Shown here one piece after another: positions 14,346 to 44,500 of a DNA stretch of 64,000 bases. How positions within the stretch are numbered: position 1 is the first letter of the stretch; every line of letters starts with the position of its first letter. The notes beneath the pieces were generated by a model. That model searched no databases. It saw only the letters and a program-made list of their open reading frames with translations, and was not told the DNA's origin. Origin of the DNA: Tubiluchus corallicola (lineage: Eukaryota; Animalia; Priapulida). The stretch lies in NCBI GenBank assembly GCA_030141605.1, contig JAQGDQ010000613.1, positions 63,929 through 127,928 on the forward strand. The letters are read 5' to 3'. The position numbers were made by a program, and so were the translations under genes.

Positions 14346-16009
14346 GAAACCAAAGACTGGCAGCAGACGCTGGCTAATTTTTCCTATTTTTTGAACATCT
14401 GACATCCAGTGCTGTTAAAAATATTCAACCAGCTAGTGGTAACTGAGCCTGCAAATTATTATATGAATAACTGGGTCTGCAAATTATTATATGAATAAAC
14501 AACGTAAAAAACAAAAAGCATTGCAAAAATAAACTTGATATCGTCCATTTTGTTTGGTTTTTTTAGAAGAATGCAGAGATTAGATGTCAGACACTTTCAT
14601 GTTAAGTTACTATCCAGTGAAAGTTGGATGCCAGAGACTTTGATATGTTAAGTTACTATCCAGTGAACGTTGGCCTTGGGGTATCATAGGATTGCATGAG
14701 ATCAAACAATCAGCGTTCCCATAAAGCAATAAATAAATATCTGTCTGCTATCGTGAATCCCATTGGCTTTACTCACTAGTACAATTAAGCAGCTTTGTTT
14801 ATCACCACAATAAAAAATTAAAGTAACTATCAATCATATTCTACCATGGGTGTTGGTAATTATGATTTAATTACCACGCTACTGAAGATAAAGCTATATA
14901 ATTAAAACTATGTAATCAACTAATTTTAAATTCTTGAAAAATCACCCCATACTCGGCAAAACAAGTGTGCTAAAGAAAGCAATTTGAATATTCTAAAAAT
15001 ACTCTATATTGTTTTGGGCATAATTAAGTTATATAGACTAACTCAATAAGTATTTCCTTTTTAACAAATGCTCACACAGTTAAACCTTGCATGATGCAAT
15101 GAACATAGTTAAGTTATTTGTTCATCTAACTACAAACTGTAATGGACAACGTGCCTATTTACAATAATGAGAACGGCCGTGCTATTCTTATACCTTCAAA
15201 AAATATGCGATTGCATTACATTAGCTGGCACAACCACTTAATACACACGACTGCCTCCTTCATAGGTAGATTCAATGATCACAATAATCTCATTTCAAAT
15301 ATTATCAAGTTATCATCATACATCTGCGTATTTATCATGCAATTAACTTAGCAAAATTTAAGTAGCATATTATAGCTGCATTGAATGCTGTTTAACAAAT
15401 AGTGGCATGCATTCATTGAACATAAGCACCAACTACTTAGCACCATATTAAGCAAACATAAGCCAACTATAGCGAACTAGCATCAACACTTAGCCAAACA
15501 AGTGAGTTATGAACATAATGACATCCTACGCAAATGTGGCCCAAAACATGTCGTAAGCCTTAGTTTTATATTGGTAATATTTATTACTTACGTACACAAC
15601 CTTAAACCTAAATGTTGAAGTAAATGGATAAAAGTAAATTAAAATGCCAATGAAAATTCTTCTACAACCTTGGCCACAGTTAGCAGTGAAATGACACAGT
15701 TTAGATAAATGTATTTTTCTATCTGGACAGACATCATGGACACCCTGAATGTGCACAATGTCAGCCCTAGACTCGTCGGAAAGGTAAACCATTAGCAAGT
15801 CTTGCTTGCAATAAGAACCCTTCACTGACTACTAAAACATGACCATCATTCACTCAAGATCCACGTGTAGAAAAAATTACTGGTCAAGTTAATTTGAAAA
15901 TCTGATGCATGCTACACAATCACAGTCTGGAAATTTCAGTCACTTGCATAACTTGCAAATATTATTAACATAAATCAGAAACTAGAGACATTTTCCATAA
16001 AAGCCTGAT

Positions 16010-16108
16010 GCCGGTTTCACAAAGTCGTTACTAAGTTAACGAAGTTGTTATTACATTCACTTAACTATTAATAACGACGTCGTTAAGTTGGTGACGGCTT
16101 TGTGATTT
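16010..16108. repeat. ~100 bp palindromic mini-MITE
   Basis: tcacaaagtcgttactaagttaacgaagttgttatta / taataacgacgtcgttaagttggtgacggctttgtga. Confidence 0.65.
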
Positions 16109-17234
16109 GAAAGATTACCACATTATGCAATCCACTATGACTATTTGACTACAGTATTGATTCATATAAAACCAAAACTAGTCATGCTAAATTTAGGTGC
16201 GACAGTGTACACTTTAACTTTCTTTTGAAATTTTATAATATATATATCTAACAATTCAAAAATGCTACAATATCAGCGTTTCAGGGAGTTGAAACACTCA
16301 AGAACTTAACGAGAATTCATGTACTTACACTACAACAAAGTAGTACATTAATCGAGTAACTAGTGCTGAATATCAAACTGTATAACATCAAAAAAATGAA
16401 TTAAAATAATGATATGCGCAAAGTAGCGTGCCTACACTACGGAGTATGAATATACTAATAAATTCACACACGCGTTTCTCCAACACTTACAACAGCTTGA
16501 AGTTAACAAGGAAACATGTACCCTTTTCATAAAAGGTAACAATCACAATAACAATGACAAAATTTGAAACAATGCAAACGGAGGAACAATGCATCTAATG
16601 CGTTGCATAAATATATCACGGTGGGCACAATCACAACGAAAGCACTAATAATAACACGTAATGGAATACACGGCGGCTATTTTACCTCCATACTTTCTCT
16701 CAAGAATGCAAAAATACAAGCTTGCTGTTTTCGTTAGTTATAAAAATGATTGCACTAACGCATCACTGTTCCAGTAAATGGCAGAAAAATGGGGTACAGA
16801 ACAAAAAAATAAATATCACCGGAATTTTTAATTAGTGTCCAAAGCACAAAATGTGTACAATAAAACACAGATTGGTTCAAAATAAAATCAATACTTCAGA
16901 TAGTCTTAAGTATAGAACATTGAGTCTGAGGAGGAAAATGCTTGTGAAATTATTTAAGAATTTTCATAAATTGCTGGTAATAATTTCTCAAAAACAATTT
17001 ACAAAAACATTTAAAATGACTACATGAAGTTCTACGCAAAACTACTGTATCTAAAAATAGAAAAAATAAAAGTGATGTCACCCGAATAAAGTGATGCAGC
17101 TGTTTACATTTTTTACAGGGCAGAAGTGACGTCATGCAGCAAACTTTGACTCAAAAGTGATGAAACAGTTGATGTAACATTTACTCAGAAACTTGCATTT
17201 TTCAACGAGGAATCTAGGACACCGAAAACATATA

Positions 17235-17794
17235 CAGTAAACTATGTATAATTCGAACACCTCAGGACCGGAAAATTTGTTCGATTTATGCAAAAGTACG
17301 AGATAGATAATGTTCGTAAGAAACTAAGATTGAGTCGCTCATCAATGTCGGACAATACAATGCAGCCTGTGAAAATGAGAAACTGAGCCTTTAATCAAAT
17401 AACAAACAAAAATTGTTATGAATAATCAAAAATGAAATGAATGGTCCACCTTTATTGTAGTCTGAGTAGCATGGTTATTAGAATTCGGCAATAATAATAT
17501 TGTGATCTACATTAAACCATGCTCGTCAATCCTGTTGTGTGCAACTTTCTGCTAAGTTAATACAAGAAATTTTGGCATTTTTGCTGAAACTAGCAGTTAA
17601 AACCGTAATGTGGTGCACACTTTCATGTAGGACTTCTTGCTTGGAAGGCTGTTCGAGATAAGCGAGGTAATTTCAGCCAAATTCTTAAGAATTGTACAGG
17701 GAATTTGGTTTGAGTTACGCAATGTTTGTTAAAGGGAAGAATAAAAGGAAAAATCAGTTCCACGAGACCAATTCGAGTTATATGTAGTTTACTG
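17235..17794. mobile_element. pogo/Tigger-like MITE just 3' of the HIF1AN stop codon
   Basis: TA|cagtaaactatgtataattcgaa ... ttcgagttatatgtagtttactg|ca. Confidence 0.75.
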
Positions 17795-18004
17795 CATGTC
17801 TTAATAATTTTTCCAAGTAACATTTTGTCCGAAGCTCTTCCTTTGAGCGGGACTAGAATGAAGATTTCCGCAGAATCAAGGAGTTGTTATACAGGAAAAA
17901 ATCCAGCTAAATGAAAATTATTTGGTTTCTGAATGAAATAAAATTTACAACAAAACTAACAAAAAATCTGATTTTTATACAGCAAGAAAGGAACGGCAAG
18001 CCAT

Positions 18005-34208
<16,204 letters not shown>

Positions 34209-34378
34209 ATTAAATGTTTACATGCTTAGTGGTGCTCTCTAACGGGAAGGTAAAAACTTTTAGCGTCCTCTAGTGGCTGTTGACGTGGCTTTCGACATAT
34301 TTTTCCTTGTCAATTTTATCTGAAAATCTGTCATAATCTCAATATTTAAACGGCGGATTTTAGTAGTTTTTAGCAGAG
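34209..34378. promoter_or_regulatory. Candidate bidirectional promoter shared by HIF1AN and TM9SF3
   Basis: 170 bp between divergent ATGs; CTCF-like gcgtcctctagtggc at 34263-34277; TGACGTGG at 34281-34288. Confidence 0.7.
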
Positions 34379-37300
34379 ATGAAGAGCAGGGACTCAATAT
34401 TCTTTTTTGTTGTTTTGTTTGTAACAGTAGCTTTCGTGAACTGTGATGAACATACCCATACAGTAAGTACCTTATTCTTGCGTTTCTTAACAGTTCACGT
34501 TATTAATAACGCTTAAATTGATTTAAGATTTAAAGAAAATACTGATTTGTGAATGAATGGGTTTAGTGTTTGTTTTTTCATTAGAGCTGTGACTGTAATT
34601 ATAAGTGAGCCGGCTGATATTTAAGCTAGGTACTGATTTGATAAACGAGTTGCTAATTTTTTAAGACAGGAGCATAATTTCGCACACTTGCAGTTTAGGT
34701 GGTTCTCATACCCTACTACCTTCCTATATCAGTCCCACTGCCAACGCTTTACCTCCTTCCCACTCCAAACCTGCCAATGTTTGTTCCGATGTTAATTATT
34801 TTATTGTATGAACCGCAACCATGCTTTGCTGGTTGCACCACGTTTCGAAAGAGAAACAAAAGTTGTAATTTGTAATTTATTGTCCACTTCAGCATAATTA
34901 AATTATCACATTGTAACTGTTATACATCAAATCAATTGTAATTACAATAATTGTAAAATAACTATATTAATATAGTTACTAACAGCATAATAGTTTATCA
35001 ACAGGAAATATAATTATGCTGTATGGTGGTCAAAAAGCAAAGCTTGTAAGACCACCATGAATAGGGGAGAAAAAAAGCTTAATTAACAACAGAAAGAATT
35101 ATAGCAAAACAGGGAATAGTTACCATAAAATAAAAGACAGAGATAGAGAAAAAGAGAAGAGAAGTGAAATAGAAATGAGTTACAAAAGAACGCCGGCAGA
35201 GTACGCCACTTATTGGCACACGCAGACAAAATTGCGCACGTTGAGAAAATTCGTCCGAAGCTCTTTTTAACTTCAGCAAGTTTACAATTTGGTTCTTTTT
35301 TGTGAAACATTGTGAAGAGATTTTCTAGGCTGCGGAACACAGAAGTAGATAAAAAATATCGCTCTCTGCTAATTCCCAAATGAAAATATTTCATCAAATC
35401 CGTCAATCTTAGTCTGTCTCATGATGCTAACAGTAAGTTTTTTAAAATTATTTTTTTTATAAATAGGAGGTATGTTTCAACTTTTCTTTATATCAGCGTA
35501 CAGATGAAGGATGCTTCTTTCTATTGTAGCTCTGCTTTCAGCGATATTTCTGATTTAGGCGATGTGAGAGTGCACTAAAAAAGAACCACCTAAACTGTAA
35601 TCTACCCGCAAAATTTACTTAACCTTACAATTTGCCTTTTCATTGATGCCTTAAAGCAGTTGGTTGATGATGCATCTATGGTTTGTTCCATCGATTGACA
35701 ACACTAGGCAAAAGATTGGAAACAGATCAGAGAAGAGCAACTAGAATTTTCTGAATCTGAATCTGCAAATTTGCAAATCCGCTTCCCCCTCAAAATTTGA
35801 ATTTTCCTGTTTAACAGCTATCCAATAACTGCACCACTTTCTTAATTCAAATCTACAATCCTTTCCGGATTCCAAAAGTTTCCTATCCTCAAGCCTACTC
35901 GCAAATTCAAATACTTTGATCTCATACATATATTTTTACGTTTACACGGCTAGTTTTTGGCTATAACATGTATTTTGCCATTCACTAGTTAAGTGGCATT
36001 TGCATAGCATGCAGATGCATTTTCCACCTGCGGAATGTGTCCAAGGCCCATTTCACATAGAGGACGCAAGAAAAATGGCGCACGGATTTACTGTCAGAAA
36101 ATTTCTCCGCGATAACTCATACGGCAAGAATGTTCATTTCACGCAGAAAAACATGATTTTCTTACTCGTGTCTAACTAGCTCCTACTATCAGTCCCTTTA
36201 CACTTTGCAATTTGCTCTAATTACAATTAATAGGTTTAATCCAAACGGTAAAACTGTTTCTTTTTAGAGTAGCTAGTAACTTATACCGTCATAAGTCCAA
36301 CCAAGAAGTGCTGAGTTTCAGCTTGTAGAGTGCTGTAATGTATAAAAACACTGTAAAATGTTCTAAAGTGGCGTTTACCAGACATTCGGAATGCGTTAGG
36401 CGTTATTGCATATCCAACTGCGTATAAAGAATCAATAGGAATAGCTGCAGAAAAAGAATAACGCATACTCAGGATGCATGAACGGCTGCACTGAAAACAA
36501 TGTAAACTGATTTTATCTATTCTGCACCCCTCAAAACGTATCTGCATCTGGATGCCACGTAAATGCCACTTTAGATAGGAAGTAGACCTACATCTCGGAA
36601 ACCATGTTGCACAAAAAACAGGTGCTGTACATCTCAGTTCAGATTGTTTAGTTGTGATGTAGTGCACATGTTCAAGAGCTCATATGGGACTGCAGCGGTG
36701 AGCTTGAAATTTGAATTTTAAACTTAAAATTTACCGAGTTTTTGTATATCACATTGAATGCTGTACAGTTGCACTGTGCTTCAATTTTCACTTTCGCAAA
36801 CACGTGCAGCAGGCTCGTAGAATGTGTGTTCATTTGTGATGTCATCACTAATTTGGCTCGCTAGTTAATTTTTAACATGTTATTTAGATGTCAGTAACAC
36901 GATTGCATTATTATAGGTGTTAAAATATATACTTTTTGCCTTACTTCAAAATGGGGCAATGTATGAAAAATCGTCCAGTTTTTGCTTAGCGTAAATCAAA
37001 ATTAATGGAAAGATCTTATGTGCATTAATTATAATATGTGTTGATAACTTGGTAGCTGGTTGGATACTTGTGGTTAGATTTTAAAGTAGCAAGTATCAAA
37101 TTCCTTGGATTTGCTTTACTGAAGGTAAATCATTATCAGGTAACGTGGCTGTCAACTTCCCATTTCTAGGTGATAAGTTGTGTTTCTAACCAGAGCTGTG
37201 GAGTCGGAGTTGGTAGTAAATTCACTGCCAGAGGAGTCGGAGTCGGAGTTGTTAAAACTTAGGGTTTTGGAGTCGAAGTCGGGACTCGGGAGAGCACTTA

Positions 37301-38444
37301 TTGTTAGTGGAGTTAGTGTTAAAGTCGGTAAAAAATAGACAAACGCAAACTCCAGTTACTTTTAACGCATTTATGCATAACATCGCATTTTGGGATGCCT
37401 TCGTATTGGTGTCTATGCAGCTAGACTCTTTTTCGAGCATAAGAAGTAGTGATGAAATGCCACTGTAATTAAATATTGAGAACACTACAAACTATTACTT
37501 AAAGGCAAGAGTCGAGAGTTGGAGTTGGGAGTCGGGGTTCCTAAAATTTTAGGAGTCAGAGTTGGGTCTAAAATTTTAGGAGTCAGAGTCGGAGATGTAT
37601 CTTCTAAAAGTCCAAGAGTCGTAGTTGCAGCCAGAGTCAGGAGTTTAATGTACCGACTCCACAGCCATGTCTCTAACATTGCATAATGTGTCATGATTTA
37701 ACTTTGTATGTAAGTTAGCATTGCTTCTGTTCTGGTGGTTTTAATACAAGCTTGCCTTCTGTGTTTTTAGTACATAGAAAAGGAAGAAGTGGTCTTGTGG
37801 ATGAACACAGTTGGACCATATCACAATCGGCAGGAAACATACACGTACTTCACGCTTCCATTCTGTCCTGGGCCAAAAACTGACATTAGTCATTATCATG
37901 AAACGCTTGGTGAAGCGCTGCAGGGCACTGAGCTGGAATTTAGTGGTTTAGATATTGACTTTAGAGGTATTATTATCAACTGCCGTTTTTTATGTTTAAT
38001 AGTAAAGCTGCTGATGGATGTATGTAGTACATGGTTAAATACATGGTTATACTTTTGTGAATTCAGAAGCTAAAATGCCGTTATGCTGGATCGGTTTCTC
38101 TCTCTCTCTCTCTTCTCTACTCTTCTCTTCACTTCTCATCTTCTCTTATCTTTTCTCTTCTCTGCTCCTCTCTTCACTTCTCATATTCTATTCTCTCTCA
38201 TCATTTTCTCTTTTCCTTTATTATCTTTTTTTCTTTAATTTTCCTTTCCTTTCCATTCCATTCTGTTCCTTTCCTTTCTTTCCTTTTTCTTATTTAATTA
38301 CATTTTCTTTCCCCTTCTCCCTTCTGCTCTTTCATTTTCTGTCCTTTTCTCTGTTTTCTTCTCTTCTGCTTTTCTCTCCTCTGCTGCTTTCTTCTTCCCA
38401 TCGCTCTGTCTCTGGTTTTCCTCCCCCCTCTTTCTCTCTCTCTC

Positions 38445-38527
<83 letters not shown>

Positions 38528-41500
38528 TATGGGTGATCTATCAATGCATACCCCACATATTACAGTCAGGAATCTTTTACATTTCAGCTCCCGTAAGTAA
38601 AACACAGTATTGCTCGGTTAAACTAACCGAAGATAAACTGCAAATGTTCATATATGCAGTGAAGAACTACTATTGGTACCAAATGTACATTGATGATCTT
38701 CCCATATGGGGTAAGTTCATGTAGTTTGCTACCAGCCATAGAACAGCAAGTTATTTGCTATTACACGTTCAATTCATTGTGAATTCTTCAGACTCGACGC
38801 ACATAACACCAAAATTGTTCGTTTTGTGGTTTGAGTTTAGTTGTTGAAATGTTTTTTGGGAAGTGTGCTAAGTTCTGTCACAAGTATAGGCCTATACCTT
38901 TGTGGTTAGTGAAAAGTATGCAAATTTGTAGATGTATGCTAATAATGTTAAATTTTTATTGTCTTTGACTTTTTGGATGCTTTCAAATGAAGAGAACCAA
39001 GGCTATTTTGGAGTATTCACATAGTTTCTCTTTTTAGCATGTAGCAGAACTACAGTTTTCTAACCTAAAGTGTTTATCCTTTGGAAAAATATCCTTGGCA
39101 TACTAATTGAAGAAAAAATGTTGCTCAGATCTGAGCATTACTTAGATTTTCAAACTTTTTTCATTATCTTCATCAATCAAACGTAACCTCATGTCGCAAT
39201 TTAAATTTTTTTTACCTGTCCATAGATTTTGAGTAGCTAATTTTTTTGTTGAAGAATTTACGTTTCAGTGACTTACTTTATGTTTAGTTTTTTTATTACA
39301 CGAAAATAGTATTTTCAACATGTTCTCTTCAATTAGTATGCAAAGAATATCATTTCAAAGGATAAATACTTTTGGCTAAAATACCATAATTCTACTTCAT
39401 GTTGAAAGAACTATATGTTTGCACTCCAAAATATCCTCAAGTGTTTTATGAGAGTGTTACATTATCTTATCTTGCAAAAATACCCGGCTGTACATTGAAT
39501 TGGTACTTTTGCTGACTTTGCTTCCAAATCTTTTACTGAGTTATTATATTTGCAGGTATTGTTGGTGAAGTAGGAGACTCAGGCGACACGTATTACGTTT
39601 GGACACATAAAAAGTTTGACATAGGTTATAACCAAAATCAAATTGTTGATGTTAATCTGACAAGTGAAGCCAAGGTCAAGCTTGAGAAAGATGCAGAGAT
39701 TTCATTTACATATGAGGTAATCTATGTTAAATTTAATAATTTTATTACTTGTAAGTTTTATTTACCATGCCTGGTGCAAGAAAATCTAAAAATTAAATTT
39801 AAACATTTAAAAAAATGTTAACAAGTTTGAGATGATTAAGAAGCCATCTTTTCATTACACTATGAACAGTCTAAAAGCCAATTTTTCTTGTTTTTTGCAG
39901 GTTCAGTGGAAAGAGTCGAAAGTTCGTTTTCAGAACAGATTCGACAAATATTTAGACCCTAATTTCTTTCAACATCGAGTAAGTGTGTTTTGTAAATTAC
40001 AGAAGAGAACCATTTGTACACTAATAGTTTTTGGTGTCTGAAGTGCATCATTTTTTTACACAAGGTTGATGACCTGATAAATTGACCTTAATTAGGAGTT
40101 TTTACACATTCGTTAATTCCTTGTGATGTGCAAAGACCATGTGATATTGTCTGCTTAGTAACGCACTAAAGGAGAAGACACATCATTTACAGGGTTCCCA
40201 TTCTGGAAAGTCAATGAAAAAGATAATTTGGTAAAAAAATCAGGGAAAATGGCGAAAGTCGGGGAAATTTGTAAGGGTTGAAAAATAATCACAGTGAACC
40301 GATATTTTTCCAAACATTTTTCAGCGATTCGTTTTCAAATAAAATTTTGCTATGGCAGGCTCCCAGTTTCGATTTCTGCTCCAAAAATAATGGTTGGATT
40401 AAGAAAGTTTATTTAATGTGATTAGTGTAATTTTGTTAGCACTACTGCAACTGTACCAACGCATTATATATCTGTTTACGTATGAATGTCCATACACAAA
40501 AATGTTTCATTGTGTATACTGGTAGTGCAATTTCGGCTTATCTTAGTCATGGAAAATCAATATTTGGTCAGGGAAAAGTCAGGGAAATTTATTTTAAAAT
40601 CAGGAACCCTGATTTAGCATGTTTGGTCTATTTTACTGCTGTCACTGTATGTCTAAAGCATACGGTTAATTTATACTGCCACTGTGCTTTTACGCAAAAT
40701 CAGTTGGCATATTATAGTTGACTTACGCTTGGTTAAATAGAAACTGAAATTTGCAGGACAAAAATTGTCAATTTTAACAAAGAATTTTTTGCATTTTAGA
40801 TTCACTGGTTTTCTATTTTCAACTCATTCATGATGGTCATCTTCTTAGTCGGCCTGGTCAGTATGATACTGATGAGAACGCTGCGTAAGGATTATGCTCG
40901 TTACAGCAAGGATGAAGAAATGGACGACATGGTATTAGATTTCATCCTTATTTAAATGGAACTAGATTAGATTAGAGGTTTTGTAAAGTTTGTATAGGCA
41001 AGTTGGATAACAAGTTGTATAGGCAAGTTGGCAATATTATCGTGCTAATCGTACAATGCTTATCGATGCAAATCATTATGCATGTCTTGCACATTTACAA
41101 AACCATTTCAGAAAGGTGTATTGCAACTGAACCTCGTCGTCGAAGACAGAAGAGAGCGTCCATTCCTTTCTTTTTTCTTACAAATTAAAACTTACCAGAT
41201 CTTTCTAAAATCTAAGTGGTTGAGAATTGTAACTAGCAATTATAGAGTTTGTACATGCATAAATTTTGAAACAGATTAACAACATTGCAAAGCTCAGTCA
41301 TTGTTTGAAATTCTGCCTACCTACTTAATAGTACACATTAATCATCGCTCTCGTGCATTTGATTCATTTCGTCAGTGGTATGATTACCTTCCTGGCAGCA
41401 CATTAGCTAATATTTTGCTATATAGCCCTCAACACCTGCGTTAGTGCCATATGCAAGTTATTCATCCGGTATCTATGATTTTTGTCAGTTCAGTTTTATT

Positions 41501-44500
41501 GTGTTTAATTGTTTATGCTATCGTCTCATCATCCGAGGGTTCAGACTGGTGTAGGGCCAGGCCATCCATTCCTTGTGATAATGGTATGTTAGGTTCTGTA
41601 TTCAAGATGAGTCACATGTTATTTTGCACTGTTTAAATACAAAGCATACATTTCTCAGATAATCTGCACTTTTAATTGGTGTCTGAACTTTTTTATTTAT
41701 CATTTATTTTTTCTTACTGCTTACTAATTTTTGTAGTATATTTGATGGACTATATAGTTATTTTTATTGTCAGTAAAACTATTACTACTACTAATTAATT
41801 TTCTGTGGAACACTAACATCATTTCTTTTACACAAATGAAACAACAGCTCTCCTTGCCACCCCTTCCCATTTTAGATGTAAATGCACTGTACATCAAGTA
41901 AACAGTTTAAGATGAGTAAAAAAAACAACACAACTGAAGCCATGAATTTTTTGATGATATACATACTGTAACACATACTGTGTTAAATGGTCATTATCAA
42001 GTTTAGCTTTGATGCTCACCGTTTCTGTCTTACAGGAGAGAGATCTGGGAGATGAATATGGCTGGAAACAAGTGCATGGTGACGTGTTCCGACCCGCGTT
42101 TCATCCGATGCTGTTTACTGCTCTTATTGGTTCAGGGTATCAAATGGCTGTTGTGACTATGTTTGTTGTATGTTTCACCATCATGGGAGAATTATACACA
42201 GAGTAAGTGCTTTTTTATAGTATCAAGAACATTCTGTCAGTAAATCAAGTGTTCTCCAAGTTTCGTAAGACTATTTGGTAAACAGTTTCAGAAAAGCGTA
42301 TTGACTATGTTTGTTATATGTTTCACCATCATGGGAGAGCTATACACAGAGTGAATGCTTCTTTATAGTATCAAGAACATTCTCTCAGTAAATCAAGTTT
42401 TCTCCAAGTTTCATAAGACTATTTGGTAAACCGTTTCAGAAAAGTGCTTTGTAGGCATTAGAGAACACCTACACCTTATATTTTAGTATAGTTTTAGTTT
42501 ATTTCACATCTATTTAACATAGAAAACAGTTTTCATAAAGCAATAAAAATACAGTACAAGCATACTACTTACTTAAGAAACCTTGTTAAATCAACATGTC
42601 CATGTTTTTTGTGAAATAACTTAACATTTCCAGCTATAAGTAATGGCGAGTCATTTACAGAAGCAAGCATCAGTTCCATATTGTAACAACAGGATGTGAG
42701 AAAAATTCATTAAAGTGTATCTACGTGTATGTCTTACAAGGAGCTTTAACGATTGATTACTTTTACTTTTATTATTCAGAGTTTTGGTAAAGAGGGATTC
42801 AGTCTTTTTAGCTTTTAGTCAATGTTTTAGTGAATTGGTTTATAATGATTTACCTTGTGTCTTTAAAGAGGATATTGATAACACTGGCATTTGTATTAAT
42901 ACGTAGCATAGCCATCCATTCTTGGAGTGTTAATTATACATATCTAAAATCCAGTGCATTCTTTGATTAGTAAGTTTCTCTGTTGTTTTTAACGTATTTC
43001 TATGGTGCTTTAAATTGTTAGAATCTCCATGTTCATGAATAGTTTGCTTTCAGGCGCGGATCCCTACTCAGTACAGCTATCTTCGTATATGCAGCTACAT
43101 CACCAGTGAACGGCTACTTTGGAGGTAGCCTGTATGCACGCATGGGAGGTGAGAATTGGTAGAAGTTTTTTGATAATTATATATTGGTAGTGACAAGTTA
43201 TTGATAGTTGCTGACTAAGATTAAATTCAGCTCAGGAAAGGATGTACAAAAGGAACCTAGTTTTCTACGGATTTGAACCAAGACCTTTGTGATGTAAGCT
43301 CATACTCTTATTTGTTGCATGATTCAGTTCTTTGCATCTTCGTGTAGCACAATGATCAGTGTAGGGAAAATGGTTATAAGTCTTGATTTTTTTAAATTTT
43401 GGCTTGATAATGTTTTTTTTTGTGCATTTTAGGTAAGATATGGATTAAGCAAATGCTGTTGAGTGCCTTTCTCCTGCCTAGTTTAGTGTGTGGTACAGCA
43501 TTTACGATCAACTTTATTGCTATCTATTATCACGCCTCAAGGGCTATCCCATTTGGCAGTATGGTGAGTAATTAAACTTCCTGTCATTGCTAAATTAGAA
43601 CTACATTATATAAACGGACAAAAAACAAGAACCTTTATGCATTTTTATTAATTGCTCAGGATTTGTGGTTGGACTAATAGTTGAGTTTTTAAGTCAAACA
43701 TTTACAATTTACTGTTTTTTTTTGTTTGTTTGTCTCAGAAATGAGTGGTTGTGAATTTAAACTGTTGATGGATGACAGGGAGTGATCTGTTTGAGGATTT
43801 AATTCCTTGCTGTCATCCATAGCACACAGTGGTAGGCACAACCTTCGTATTGATCATGGCTGTATAATTTTACTGTTTACATTTACTCATGTGTATGTAT
43901 TTATTGTTGCGTCAAATTAATAATAATAATGTAGATATTCCATTGATATTCCAAAACTTAATTCCTCTCTTTTTTGTTATTTGTGGTTATCCATTAAGCT
44001 TTAAAAGGCTGATTTTGTTAATTAATAGACTAATACATGCAATAAATTTGACTTTTGACTGTCATTGTACAGTTTGCAGACAGTACATCAGTGTTTGCAA
44101 TATTATATTTTAAATAATATTCCACCAGGTGGCAGTCACGTGCATATGTTTATTTGTCATTCTGCCGCTGACACTAGTCGGAACTGTTTTGGGCAGAAAT
44201 CTCGCTGGACAACCTGACCATCCTTGTAGGATCAACGCGGTGCCACGACCTATTCCAGAGAAAAAGTGGTATGTCTCGGCATTAGTGTATCGTTTTATGC
44301 GTTATTTAGATCGGCATTGATTCCACTCTAGTAAAATTACATGAATATTTATGAAGATACTGCATTAGTTCAAGCCAATTTTATTACAGACACATAAAAA
44401 CAGTTAAAAATTAAAATCATGCCAAATGTTTCGACTAGCTGCTGCTTTTAATCATCAGTGATAAATTTACAAACACACAACCAGTTTATATAGGCAGAGC

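Noticed and set aside
38057-38605. Poly-LS and poly-ER ORFs
   Set aside because: Translations of the (CT)n tract in TM9SF3 intron 2
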